Of a DNA stretch of 64,000 nt, positions 14,101-29,100 are shown in pieces (within the stretch, counting starts at the first letter, position 1; every line of letters begins with the position of its first letter). Both the position numbers and the translations under genes were made by a program. The DNA is taken from NCBI GenBank assembly GCA_040954595.2, contig CM082589.2, positions 8,502,232 through 8,566,231 on the forward strand, in the 5' to 3' direction. Source of the DNA: Balanoglossus misakiensis. Lineage: Eukaryota > Animalia > Hemichordata. The notes beneath the pieces are model-generated. The model was not told where the DNA came from, ran no database searches, and was given only the letters and a program-made list of their open reading frames with translations.

Positions 14101-17100
14101 AGCACATATTATTTTTAGGGGCCTTATGGAGATACTGGCTTGATATCTGTCAATGCAATATCTTCAATTTTGTGTTTTACACATCCACATTACATATCCA
14201 TGGCATTCCATACGCCCTTCCAAAACATGGTGCCTTCCAAAACATCTCCATATAGACAATTCGAAAACGAGGCCAGTAAACCACGGAGTACTTCACAAAC
14301 TCGTCTGGTGTCTTGTATATATGATCAGTTTACATGTAATAATTACCTGGTACATAAAAATATGGCTGTCGAGCATCGGTCCCAACTATAGCAACGATAC
14401 ACAAGACGATAACGTTTTTACTCTGTGACTTACTGCACTTTGTTTTCACGTCGTCGTTAAAGGGCGCCCTCTTTATGAAAATGGCGTATAGCTCTTAGAT
14501 TCAACTGCTATTATAAATAGTCTCCCTTTGATATGTTTTTGCTCTCATTTAGTATAATACCATATCAGGGGAGCTATTTATCCATTGATACATCTGTTGA
14601 CTTTGTGCGAGTGCATATAGTGCAGTATTTTATTTGCTGTTGTAATTCTACTTCCCCTATTTCTGGGAAAAATCATTGTCATTTTGACTCTAGGAATTGG
14701 ACCATAATTGAATTCATCATTTCTTCAACACTGGAAATTTGGCCCCTCCGAACTTTTGTTTGATTTTTCATACTTGAGCAACAGACTCTCATAGGAAACA
14801 TTTCTCCAGAAACTTGGTTGCTGCAGCTGAATGTGCCTCGCAGTCCAAAAATTATTCATAATCTCGTCCTAGTTATGATGAAGAACCTCACAAATGCATA
14901 CTGGTTGTCTGGCATTTACGACATGACAGGCCACACTGGAAATACAACTCAGAAGAAAAAAAAACATGACATGCACAGTCCATTAAAACAAAACCCAAGT
15001 TGCTAACTAATGCCACCTCACTTTGATTGAATACATACACAAGAGACCACCAAACAGCATGTTTTAAACCAATGGGAATGTGCAAATGGCAATGATGTGA
15101 TTGATGGAAACAGCCATGGCTATTGATTTATGTTGGACAGGAACTTGTTATGCAGACTGAGGCCAAAATAAAAAATATGTGCTGTTCCGATTACCCGACC
15201 TACCCTAATTTTAGCCTGCCGACCCTAAACTTTTTAGAGCCTTGTGAACCAGAAGTAAAAAAACAACGATGTCAAATATACAAAATTTATGAAAATTGCG
15301 AGAATCACGCAAGAACTCTGATGTCATTCTTCTACACTACGGCGGCCAAAGATATGAAAAAAATTGTAAATTTTTCACCCATTTCCTCTTATCTTGTTTA
15401 TAAAATGCAAAGTGTCACAGTGGAGCCATATCGGACACTAGGTTGCTTCTGTTTACAGACTATCAGAGACTAGCTTGAAAGTTGTATTCTAGTTTGAAAG
15501 TCCAACATGTTGTATTAGACGGTAGAGAGTTTGCTGAAGTATCTGGCTAGATTTACATGTAAGGTAACATCGGCCCTCGCACGAATCGCCGAATCGATAC
15601 ACATTAGGCGCGAGGGACTGTCGACAGTCTAGATTTAGGTAGATTACAGACTTCACCATGTATGGACTCTCTCAGCCCTTCTCGCTGCATATGCAGGCTA
15701 CATGGTCTGATTGCATATGTGTGAAGGTAGCGAACCATGGGCTGTGAGAGAGTCTACACCATGTGCTAAATCTGGGTTTGACTGACATATCCTGTTTGAT
15801 GATCATTGACAGGTGTAATGGAAATGTATAAACACCATGGCAGTGGAATCTTTGGTGAAGAGGATGAAGAGGCAAGTACCCTTTTGTCAATACCTTTATG
15901 CTAAACATGATTGTTCAATAGTTCAGTGAGAAAATTGATTTTAAAGGAACAAAGTCTCTCTCTCGCTGCCCTTTTTCAATTAATTATATTTGATACAAGA
16001 CACCATTTATGTTAATATACATGTGGATATATAGTGAATGAACGTTCAACCACACATAACTTCCATCCCACTTGTATGATATGAGAGTTAAAACTCGCTG
16101 AAAATGGTAAACACCGATTATTCATTTTGGTGATTTTTTTCACAGTCATGTCTACAAGTGGGATGGAAGGTGTGTGTAGTTGAATGTTGATTCACTATAT
16201 ATCCACATGTATATTAAAATAAATGGTGTCTTGTATCAAATATAATTAATTGAAAAAGGGCAGCGAGAGAGAGACTTTGTCCCTTTAACTTACACCTGGG
16301 ATGGAATGTAGCATATGTGTGGATTCATTAAGATATTGTGCCCTCAATCAAGGCACTTTACTTTTCATGGCTTCTCTCTTGTCAAGGAGTAAAGTACATA
16401 TAATGTCATTGAGACGGTACATGCTAAATTGTAGTTTTATTGTGATCATAGTGCAGTGAGCTTGTGCCATGTGCGGTATGCTGTAGATAGCAGCTATTCT
16501 CAAAATATTTCTAGTACTCAGTCTTTTTGAAAGAAAATCTGTATTGTGTTTCAGACTAGATAATTTTTTAGTAATTGACTATACACATTTATGTTCATGA
16601 ATATAGGGTTCTTCCCCCAGTGATTGCAGTAACGCGCACACGCTCACACACATGTACAAGAATGCAGGCACACACATAAACACACATGTATTTGAAAAAA
16701 AATTGAATATTTTAATCAAATGATGGACAAGTACAGTTTTGTTAACAAGTGAAATTTTAAAGTCACTCGTCCCAAAGCAAGAGAATTTGTGAAAAATTTC
16801 TCAAGGCCTGTATTTAGTAGTCTGGAATCCAGACCCCTGTGAGGGTCTGGCAATGCAGTCTACTATTGTCATTTCTGAATTTTTGCATGTCTGACATCAT
16901 TCAAGTCAATCACCTTACATGACACACTACTGATTGGCCAGAGCAATGACCCAGGCATTGCTAATAGTTGGAAAATAATTGGCATTAATTAGCATTGTCT
17001 GTTCCATGGTAACAGCTACAATCTAGTCAGTAGTACGTATATACATGTAGTCTTGAAGTTGAAGTGTTCTTAAAATTAATATTTTTGCTTGATCAACAGA

Positions 17101-20100
17101 TTGCCAACAGTTATCTGGTATGGGGTGGAATTGCACTATACTACGCTGAGGTAATTTATTCTAAAATCAATTCTACTAGCAAATAATTTTTTTGTGTGTT
17201 TGTACATCTTTGACAACCAAATACCAGCATATAATGTCACTCAGGGGTCATGAAAGTGGCCTATTGACCAAGTCAGCTGGCACAGGCAACAACTGCCTTC
17301 TCCGATAGAGACAAATATTATGGAGTGACCATGAAAGAAACCACCTAGTGTAACAAAGATACATATTGAAAAGCACTAAGTTAAAGCCCCTATAGCTGCC
17401 AAATTTCTTGTGTTTTCATCCACAGTAAAATACTTAAAATTTATACAATATCCTCTAAAATCCCCACCATTAAAGAGCCTATCTTACCTCGAAACACACT
17501 TTTGAGGATAAATAATAATTGGGCTTGTGTGTTAAATGCTGGTGTCCTTTTACTTATTTCATATGGATAAATAAATGTTAAATTTAAAAATGTTCAGGGC
17601 CTGAGAAAAAAGTTCTGTTTTGGCCACGCCCATTTCTGTGACGTCACAAGAGGAACCCATTTACGTTTGCAACAGACTTAGCAATGCATTGCAGTGGTTG
17701 AATTGCAACCATACATGCCTGTGATCTAAACGGCTTTGCTGTGTCAGCCTGGGTACAACTCTGTATCCCCCGTACCATTCAAAATAAACGTACATATGTC
17801 TACCTTATCATCTGAGGGAGATGCGATTATGAAAAAAAACAACTCGGCCCGGTTAGGCTACGGCTTCGCATTGCAAGCAGTACACAACATGCAATGGCAG
17901 CGGATGTGTATAGGCACCTTACACATACAATGATTGCTGCCTCGATTAAACCGTCGAATATTGCCCAGAGGTTTAGGTCTAGAGTGTTGGGACTAAATCT
18001 ACTTATCTTGGACAATGTCAACTTATTGATAACTGATTGTGGTCTTTTTGGCGATTTTCAATGACTGCCTTAACAGACAAAATACGCGTGTGTTATTGTA
18101 CAAGGTCAAGGGAACTCCATCAGCGCCGATCGGCAGCGATGACACATATTGCGCCGCGATGTATATTTACTACCAGCACTAAAATTCTGTCTTTTGAATT
18201 ACATGTAAGCTATGCCTTTTTGGTGATGACAAACAGAAACATTTATGACTTGTCGCTGTAATCATGGAAGTTCCTTGACATGCTTCATACTGCATTATAA
18301 CAAAATGAAACCATACAGCCAACAGCAACAGGCGATCATGCCAGGCCGACCCACTCACGCTCACAAAGCATGAAACATTTTCAGTGATACACACGAATAT
18401 CTTAGTTTGGAAACGGTTTTCACTCACACGAGGCAAAATTTATTCAACACATTTTGTTTCAAAATTTGTACAGTGTGTTTTGAAGCTGATGAGTCGGACA
18501 TAGCGCGACGTAAAACTTGTAAACAAAGAAATTAGAAAAGAAAGATGGCGACCATTCAGCCGAAGCCATACAAAGATACGACTGAAAAAAAAAAAACGTG
18601 AAATAGTAACGGTAATATTTTGAACGTTCAAGTTTTTACATCGATTGCTGTCAACCTTAATTATCGTAGTTTGCGGTCACTGGGTACCGGTTAACCAGAC
18701 GGAAGCGTGAATAATAATAAACAATCTCAACATGATGTCGGCCAACGCAAAATTGTGTTTACGCATCCTGCCAGTTCACCTACATGTACTACTACTTGTC
18801 TACAGTACTGTGTAAATCGCGGTCGCTGGAACATTGTATGAACACCAATACCGGGTATAAACGATCTGTTGGTCGACCTCTCCTGCTTACAGGCTTCTAT
18901 TTTCCTGTATGGGTGGGGATTGTCTTCTCGTGATTCGAACCTGGCCGATTATCGTTCAACGGTCATGCATTGACAGTTACGGCCGCGGCCGTCACCGGCG
19001 CCGCGCCGGCATCATATCCACCGTACGATGTTGATGATCGTGGCATAGACTTTCATTCGTTTTTGTGGAACTCACACGGGTGACTCCCGTCTAGGTAATG
19101 TGTTGCTGCAACCACGGCAAACAACTCCTTTTCCCATTGTGGTATTACACAGAAAAGCACGAAAACACCGTATGACACCTGTGAGCATCGCTAAAGCTGG
19201 TCTACCTGACCGGTTCCTCTTGTGACGTCACGTCACGTGACCAAAATGCAGCAAATCTGAACTCGGACTTTTCGGGACAGGGTGGATTTTGAAGCATTTT
19301 ATGAGAACAAAACAAATATAATAGAAATCGATACCCGAAAAATATTGTCACTTTTGGAAAATAGTACATTTCTTTTGAACATTTTTTAACCTTCTGATAA
19401 GATTTAAAAAGGCAAGATATGCTCTTTAAGCCATATTACATGCATTTGCATCAGTTTGTCATCTCTTGGTGACACATACCACGATAGCTGTGTACTGTCT
19501 GTATGGAGGCTGATTCAGTGATTAAATCGGTGCGGCACCTGTTTAATATATAGCATGTACAAATTGCAACATGCAGTCACAATCGGGCATCGATAAGGTG
19601 TTCATGTATACCTTTTAGTAAGCTTATTTCGATGGACCAATTTAGGTTGGAAAATAAAATCTTGAAAATAATGCAAAAGGTGGCAGCTCTAGAGGTTTTA
19701 AGAAACAAATAATTTCTGTGTCATCACGTCATAGTCACCAACAGAGGGCAATATACTACAGCACCTAGATAGTTCTTGAAGGTGTGAACAATGCAATGTG
19801 TGTGGTGCTATTGTTTCTTCTTGTGATTGTCAGTTTTTTGTAGGCTTCTTTATCTATTGAAATCAGCAGTGAAATCGGCTGAGGGGAAAATTGATAGCAG
19901 AATATTTTCATATTTTTGGACACTATGGAATCGTTCATTACACTTTTTTGTGAATTTGGCCAGACAGAATCTAACAACCTGTCTTGACATGAGCAGACTG
20001 ACAGACTTGAAATCTCGCAGTTCTGTTTTCTTGTTCACGTTGAAACCAATATTTTGGATGTATTTTCATAACCAACAACTATTGTGCTACTTGGAATTTT

Positions 20101-23100
20101 AGCTTTAAAAACAAAATTGATGTTATAACTTATATACAACCATGATACTTAATTTCGCATTTCTAGATACAGTGAACTGTGTAAAGTTTTCTATAGTGAT
20201 CCAATTTAGTGTTAAAAATTAACCTGCCAAAATTAAACACATTGGCAGTGTATGAGTGTTCTGCGTAATTCTCCCTACCTTAAATAGGTTTTAAGCTACC
20301 TAAGTGAGTGATGAAAATATCATATGGTCGACACAATTTCAACATGGCCGATTTTTACCATGTTTACGAAATGGCATTTTATAAGCTAAAGTGATGATGG
20401 GTTATTCTGAAACTTTAAAAAAAATAACAAAATGTGAAAAAAGTTTAATGAGTTTAATAATATGGTAACTACAAAAACAGACATGTTTGACCAAAGGAAG
20501 TCATGAAATACAGTAAAGATATCATTTCTTCTATCTCTTACTACAGTGGGTTGTCGACTTTTCGCCCAGAATGCAATGTGATTTGACCCCTTAGCTCAAA
20601 GTGAAAACCTATTTAAGGCAGCCAGAATTGCAATTGGTGTGGCAATGGACAGGTATTGTCTGTTTTGAAATGGGTTGACAGTGGAAAGCATTAACAAACA
20701 ATCTAGTGTTAAATGCTATTTTAGAAACACTGCTATAATTGACCACTCAGAATGTCAGTACTACTGTTAAACAGGAAATTTCTATAAAAATAATAAATTT
20801 TGGCAAACTTCACAAGAGCAAGAAAACACATGAAAAATAAAAAGTCACGTGACAGTTGGCTCTTTTGATATCACTAAAATTTCCTAGTTGGCAGTAGTTC
20901 CATACTCTTTCTGCTGCAGTTTCTTTTCAACCTCATCATTTACTCATCGGAATCAAATATTGATCAAGTACAGTGTCCTGCTCAAGGTACTGATATTCTG
21001 AAGATCCAGGATAACGAATTTTGTTGGTGTACCAACACTTGTAGTAGTAGCTTTCATTGGCTTATTAAAGCCTCTAGAGCTGCCAAATCTCACATATTTT
21101 TATCCATGATAAAATACTTTACATATATCCCCTATCCTTTAAAATCCTCAATATTAAGCCATATTACTTGCATTTGCATCAATTTGTCATCTCTTGGCGA
21201 CGCATACCACGATAGCTGCGTACTGTCTGTATGGAGGCTGATTTAATCGGTGCAGCACCTGTTAATATAATAGCGTGTTCAAATTGCAACATGCAGTCAC
21301 AATCGGGCATCGATGAGATGTTCATGTATACCTGTCAGTAAACTTATCAATCTATGTACCAATCTAAGTTAGAAAAAAATTATAAAAATAATGCAAAAAT
21401 TGGCAGCTCTAGAGGCTTTATGATTGGTTAAGATTGGTACCAATCTATTGCATAAATATTAGGAAAATTTGGCCCTTGATAGACTGTAGGCTCTAAGTTT
21501 GTGGTTGTTGTTTATTAGGTAGTTCCCCTACCTATCCATTACTAATTAATGTTTCCATGTTTTTTCTTTTTTTTCTTTTATCTGCACCCCTCTTCCTACC
21601 ATCCCTGCATGCAATGTCTCGTGCAATGTGAATGTAGCAATGCAATGGCAAACTCATGGAAAGTGAGGTTTGTTGATGGCACCTGTATTTTTTTGTAGTA
21701 GATTAAGGTAGATGACTACCCAGAAACAATGCTTGGTTATCACATTCCATAGCCTTATATGTAGAATTTATTTTGAGAGATATCTTTTGCAATATTGTCA
21801 TTTTCTTGAAATTTTCACAAAAGGTGCCAAAAGAGGAGTATTATTAAATGATATAAAGAAAACGCTATGCCACTGTGCAAGATTTTTTGATATATCTGTA
21901 CAGATATTTTCACCATAGAAAAACTATAGTATTAGGGCTGCGAGAAAAGTGCTGACTCAGCATTTCCCACAATATTTGAGACCCCCTAACTGAAAAAGTA
22001 GGATGGGAACATCACATTTTTTCTTTATTTTATTTAAAATTCATTGTTGTACAATATATAAAAAATTGGGAAAATGACAATATTCTAGAGTAGGGGAGAG
22101 AGGGTTTAGACTATATTAAAATTGAAGTCCAGGTATGTATGAGTCCCAAAAATGCATCTTGACTGAAAACCGGGACTCTCAATTTACCGGAGTACAGTTT
22201 GGACTGGTTCAATATCAAGTTTTTGGCATCTGGGACTCTAGGACTAAGCCCAGATCATGTTTTTGTTTTTTAAATCTTCGACCGGGACCAAATCAAAATG
22301 ACCAGACTTCGACATGACCCCTTGAGACAGTGCACATATTCTTGTGAGGACCTCCAATGCTGTGCATTATTAATAAGTTGCCACACTCATTGATAAACAT
22401 GACCTGCGTTATATACCAAATCCCTGTCAAAATAATAACAACTACTGATCAAGTCAATGATGCCACTTACCTGCAGATTGCAAGCACCCGTTCAAAAACA
22501 AAAAAGGGTCAACGTTTTATGCTTGCTCTTGTCATATGCACAATTTAATGTTACGGAGAAGTCATTATGAAGTTGTAACCATTTCAAACTATTTTTTATC
22601 AATTCCAATTCTATACATTTTCACTTTCTTTAGACAAAAATTGTATAGAGCACAATACAAAATGTATCGATACAGTGAATAGTGAAACTCACCGTAGAAA
22701 CATTAAACCAGAAAAGAACTTCGCTCATAGGTAAATGTTGGTGCTTGTCAAAAGGGAAATATGACGTAACTTGACCAAAAACACATTAAAAGTAACATTT
22801 GGCGAAATAGTTCTGTGTTGAAATATATTTGAACGAATGGGACACACGGTGAAAAATGGCACTATATGACGATCGAGTACAGGCTATGTATGCTCAAAAT
22901 GGCTAGCCACCCAGTGATTGTGAGTGATCTCGTATCCTGCGTTTTCCAATTGTCCTGTTCTCCAGATTGGTCGAGAGCACACAACAGTCAGTATATAAAC
23001 CAATACATGCATATCTCTCGAGAGACCATGAGGAAACAAAGCATAAATCATAAAGAAACTTCCTATGGATCATTTTATTTCAAACCTAATAGTACAAGCA

Positions 23101-26100
23101 GTACTTACGGCATTAACAGCCATATTGAATGCATGCTATGTACAGATTGAGGCTCCCCAGAAAGACCTCTAACTCCTTTTATTGTCATACAAAGGTAAAA
23201 AACTTGCCAAAGAATGGCGCTAGAGGGCGCTATAATTAGGGGTAATTGGAAAAAATGGCGCAACACATAGTATTTATTTCAAAAACCTCTCCTCATTAAA
23301 TGGGTGATGCTATCATTAAATTTTATGGAAGATTGGCAAGAGAGGTAACTAATTTCAATTCAAAATGCAAATTAGGGCGGTTCAGAACTTTTCCTTTAAC
23401 CTTCTGTCAGCACTATATGAGCATGCAAGGTCAGCGGAGAGAACAATAAATATGCTAATTTAAAATGAAACGTGACAATTTCTGTATATAGCCAGTTGAG
23501 TGTAAAAAGTCATGGCTGGGAAAATATGTTCTCTTTGACGTTCCATTTCCTGTGGGCTTTGATAGGAAATGAAGTTGATTAAAGGTATACAGTCACCTCC
23601 AATTTACATACGCCCATATATGGCTGAAATGGCGTATTTGAGCGTTCTAAAGAACATATGGTAGTGCTCTTTTTTTCGCGTGTGCCATCCACTGAAAACC
23701 TGTAATTGGCTAGATCTCAATTTGCCATGGTAACTATAGCTAATTTTCCATAGATGATCGTATACCTTTAAGTAATAAAAGGTTCCTTGACCTGCTGGGA
23801 CGCTTTCAGCTTTTGATAAATTCAGTAAGGGAAAGACACTAATGGCTGCCCAAATCAAAGCTACATTCAGACAAGCAAAAAGTCACAGCAGAAAATAACA
23901 AAAACATAATCAATGGAAAAAGGGCAGCCAGAGAGAGACTTTGTTCCCTTAACCCATAAACATGGTGTGCATGTATGTTAGAAGATTTACATGATGATTC
24001 CCACATTTGGGGAAAAAACTAACATACTTGAAGACTTTTAAGGATGTACGCACAAAATGAAAACTTGTAAAGTGCACAAAATTTGTACATATTTTGTTCC
24101 TTCCCATAGGATTACATTGAGAATTGCCGGAAACCTCACGTCTGCTATTGTCATTTTCCTGAAATTATAAACATAACTCAGTCAAATCAAAAATAAATTC
24201 AGTGATGAAATAAAATAGTATGGTCACTACACTATATTTTGAGATAAACTTAATGAAGCATTTTTCCATGAGCAAACCATTGATGAAAAAGCAGTTTTCT
24301 TCATTTATCAACTAAATTCACAGCCTTGTATTTTACGGATTTTTACTATGCTAACAAAGGAGAAAGCAAATGTCCTCAATTAAAAGAAATTGCAATACTT
24401 TCAATTGTAGCGATCGTACATCCTTAAGACATTGTGAGGTCAAAATTCTTCACCTATTGTCAATATGGCACAGGAGTGACGAGCTCATTAAGAGCTCATT
24501 GCCAACACTGCTGGGCATCTCAAGGAGTCTGTCGATGTTTCTGAGAATCACACTGAGGTCTGGTCAATTTGATTTGGCATAAAACTCAATCTGGGCCAGT
24601 CCCCACTGCACTTATGGTAAACTGGAAGTCCAAGTACAATGTTTGGGGCCTGTACACTGGACCTACATATTGCTAATATTCTGAGAATTGCATTCTGTGT
24701 TCTTAAATGTCATCTTATGCATTATATCACTGTTGTTTTGATCACGATCTCCCAATTTTGAAATGGTTACGACAACCCCCCCCCCCCCCCTCCTAATTTG
24801 ATGTAATGGTTAACCCCTATTTGGAACATTATCTCCTCCCATGAATTTGAGCATTATATAATGGACATTTTTGATTACTAAGTCTACATTCAGGAAAAAG
24901 GAAAAACATATAACAGGGATTGCATAAAACTCCTTATTTATGAGGGGCCCATTTCTTGGATAAGTGCCAAGGTTTTTATTTGCGTCGTAAATTTATATTC
25001 CCACAACTTATTTTAAGAAATCACTACCAAAATCCCAGATGTACATGTAATAAAAAAATGGAATAATTTGACCATGTACATAGATGGCAATTCTTCAGAT
25101 TTTGCTCGTGTTGCTGCTTTCATTCATTTGTTTGTGTTCTTCAAAAATCTTTGAGAAACTTTAAGGATACAACTTCCAAAATTGATCATGTGCACCCTAG
25201 ACAGTAGGTCTTACTTTCCAAATGTCTTGTTATTTCTGCTTGTAAGCGAGAAACTGTGACTAAAACACCCAGAGCAACTGTCAGTTAGGAGCTTCAGGAA
25301 TCAGTCAAGGTAGTTTGTCACTCACACATACCAGTCACAAACACAGGTCGCACAGTACCGTAGATGAGAGCGCTTAGAGTATATATAGAGAGAGACAAGG
25401 TATGACACCATTACCCGGCTGAGAACTTTATTCGAACTTTTCAAAGATGACCAAATAATTGACATTGATAGATGCCTATAATCCTCCGACATTTAATGAT
25501 CGACTTTGGTACCTAAAAATCTTGTATCCTTCAGGTGACAGCTACTCAACACCACGGCCATCTTGAAGTCCTATTTTTCACCCACAGTTCAGTGCACGCC
25601 CACTTGCAAGATGGCCGTGGTGTTGAGAAGCCGTCACCTGGAGGATACAAGATTTAGGGGCCCAGATACGGTATTAATTACCGTTTTTAGGTACCAAAGT
25701 CGCTCATTAAATGTCGGAGGACTATAGGCGTCTATCAATGTCATTTATTTAGTCATCTTTGAAGAGTTTGATTGTTTTTTCACGGCGAATTATGTTCTCA
25801 GCTGGGTGATCGTGTCATAGCTTCTCTCTCTCTCAATACTCTAAGCGCTCTCAACTATGGTGCGACCTGTGGTCACAGATAGCGTTTTGAGACATCTTTA
25901 CATAAATGCCCCTGACAGCTGGTGCCACATTAGACGTCATAGCATTTGTTCTTGCAAGATCAGAAAAGGCCTGGGGGGACAGACAATAAATTCCTGTTAT
26001 GAATGAACTTATTGACAAAGAATTTGATAAATACCATACTGTTTGAGACGATTGCTGTTGTGAATAATATGAAAGCAATGTTTATTGTATGCTTTTAGAC

Positions 26101-29100
26101 TGATATTAATAAATATGCCAGAATAGGATCCGAGAACAGACATCACTGTGAAAATGTCATCGAAAGCACTTTTCATTTGCATAATGCATGACCTTGCCAG
26201 ACTTAGCCAGTGATGTCACAGCCAGATGTTTTGTGTCAGTATTCAAATTTGGCCACCGATTCAAATCAAGTCCTCTAACATGACAAATAAAATGCAAATC
26301 AATAACCCATGATATGACAATATTAGGTATTTTATGCATTCTATGACATGAAAAAAATGTCAAAATCTAACGACTTTGTAACTTTATAGCTTACAATATA
26401 TACAATGTAAACTGATTCCATTGTCTCTTTTTTCTTCTTTATAGATGTACCAAAACATGCAAAGACAGCGAAAATTGAATGAATTCCTTCTTGCAGTTAC
26501 AAAGTGAGCATATTAAATATGTTTCAGATAAGAAAACTCTGTAATACAAACGTATACATCTCATAAAGTAAAAGTTATTTCAATGGAAACAAAAACTGTG
26601 AAGAGTATGTATGCAACTGGAACCATGTACATGAATTTTCTCCTTTTAACATGTTATGAATGTACTGGTTGCATCGGTAAGGTAAGGGAAGTGCAGGCCT
26701 ACAGGGAAAATTGATCATATTTCATGCGCACCGTATATTAAGTAGACTTAGTTTTGTCCCTTCTTTTCACTCGATTTGCTGTTTTTTCCCGATCATCCAC
26801 ACATACTATGGTGGCTGCCATCTTGTCTGTTGTTAGGATAACATGCACAGAAGACAAATGTCGCCCTTTATATAATAATACAATTCATAATCAGACTTCA
26901 AAAATTGCAGATGTGCCCCAAGGTCGTAGTTTATAGAACACAGTATATATATATGATTGTGTAGAGTAAACTTTTATTTTCAAATTTATTGTAGATCCAT
27001 ATTTCAAGATATTGTTAGTATGGACACTGTCATCATGAAAATCATGGTAAGTCAATTCATAATTAAGCCTGACAAACATTTAAGTTTATAAAACAAAGGA
27101 CTATTACAGATTATATTAAATTATCAATGCAACATTGCCATGAATACAGTGTCATGATTGGCTGAGACCCTCTTTTAATTTATGCAAGCCATGTTTAAAG
27201 GTATATACATGTAGTCACCTCCAATTTCCATATGCCCATATACAGTATGGCTGAAATTGCATATTTGAGTGTTCTAAAGAACATTTGGTGGTGCTCTTTT
27301 GTTTGCGTGTGCCACCCACTGAAAATCTGTGATTCGCTAGATCTCAATTTATAAATCCTAAATGCTAATGAATCGTTTTGATTTATACATGATCACAGTT
27401 AATTTATCCCCAAGAGAGAAGTTACTTTATTTTTTTTTTACCATGGGGAATAATAGAATCTCACACTCCCAAGGACCTGTGATCATATTTCTCACATGAG
27501 TTGGGGATTTTTGTCCCACACGAGCCGCAGGCGAGTGTGGGACAAAAAATCCCCAACGAGTGTGAGAAATACGATCCCAGGTCCTTGGTGTGTGAGATTC
27601 TTTTTCTCACACGACCAGAAATTTGCAATATTAACGTTTATTTACAATAAAAGGACTAAATCTATAAAATACCAACTGATAACTGCATGACCAGTCATAT
27701 ATTGATCCACCCCTCAAAACATAGTCCCCATTTCATCACGAGTTTACAGTACACACATGCTATAAAAATGTGCTCAACACATTTAAATATGGAGATTGTT
27801 TCCAGTGGTATAAATTCAAGCGACATCTAGAAAATACAACCGTGTTTTTTAGTCTGTTGCCAACCACGTACACCACTGTCGTCTGCACATGACCTGATCA
27901 CATTGTAGTTCAGGTTTGTGTACAACACATCACACAATTGGATAATATTTGTTCGTTCTGAGGGGTATGAATATCATTATCCAATCAGAGCTCGTGTCAG
28001 ATAACAGTTGTCTGTGTGCGCATTAACACAGAGTGTGGGATCAATTTGATCCCACACTCTCTATCCCACACTCCCAGCGGCCAGGAGTGTGAGAAACCCT
28101 ACACTCGCCCACAGACCCTCTCGTTGCCAGCACTAACATATTGAATCATGGAAATTGTGTGCCCTCCATGGCAGAGTGAAGCTCTCACCATGCAAGTCAT
28201 TACACTTGCCTATCTGTTTCAGAACTCTATGATTGACAGACGGTCCTCATAGGAGGGGTGTCATATCAGGGTATACTGTCAATGTTATAAAAAAACTGTT
28301 TTCATCTAAACTGCCATCATCTCCGCAAAATTGCAGTTCTTTTAATTGTTAATCAGTTGCAGTTGTCAATGTCTGCATGAGACCTCCTTCACATAATTGA
28401 ATATTATTTCACAAAAGATGGACTTGGTCATTCAGAACACATCATTACTTGTATTAATGGTGGAATCTTTCATTGTACTCTGCTCAGCATGTATGCATCA
28501 TATTGTATAGAGACAGCAGATTTTATTGAAACTTGTCACAAGGTCAATAGAATATAGCAACCAGATGAATAGAGTACTTATAAAATGTCTGATTCTATGC
28601 ACCATTATACTTTGAATAAACTGATCGATATTCCATTGATTGTATCTATGGCAGTTACAGTGCATCTGCTGATGTGTCAAAATCATTTGAGGAGATGGAT
28701 TTATATTATTCAGAATGACTTCAAATCTCGATTTCTCATGTATTTATGAATCGATCAGTGTTTCATAGGGGGGATATGTCCCCCATTCCCAGAATATTTG
28801 AGGGGGATTCCACTCTGGCATAGGGGGGACTGTAATATCTTCAACATATGAGTGACATCATTTCAAGGGGCACTGGTCCCCCCTTGACAAATAGCTAGGG
28901 GGTGCCAACATGTCAATAGGTGGTGAATTCCCCCATCCCCTCCTCTAGATGAAACACTGTGAATATGAAATATGAATAGAGATGTTACTTTTCTACATTT
29001 TAGAACTATGCACAGAAGTTGGTGAATGCAGACAGGGCTTCATTGTTTCTCTGTGACTCCAAGACGAGAGAATTATATGCAAGAATATTTGATGTAGGGA

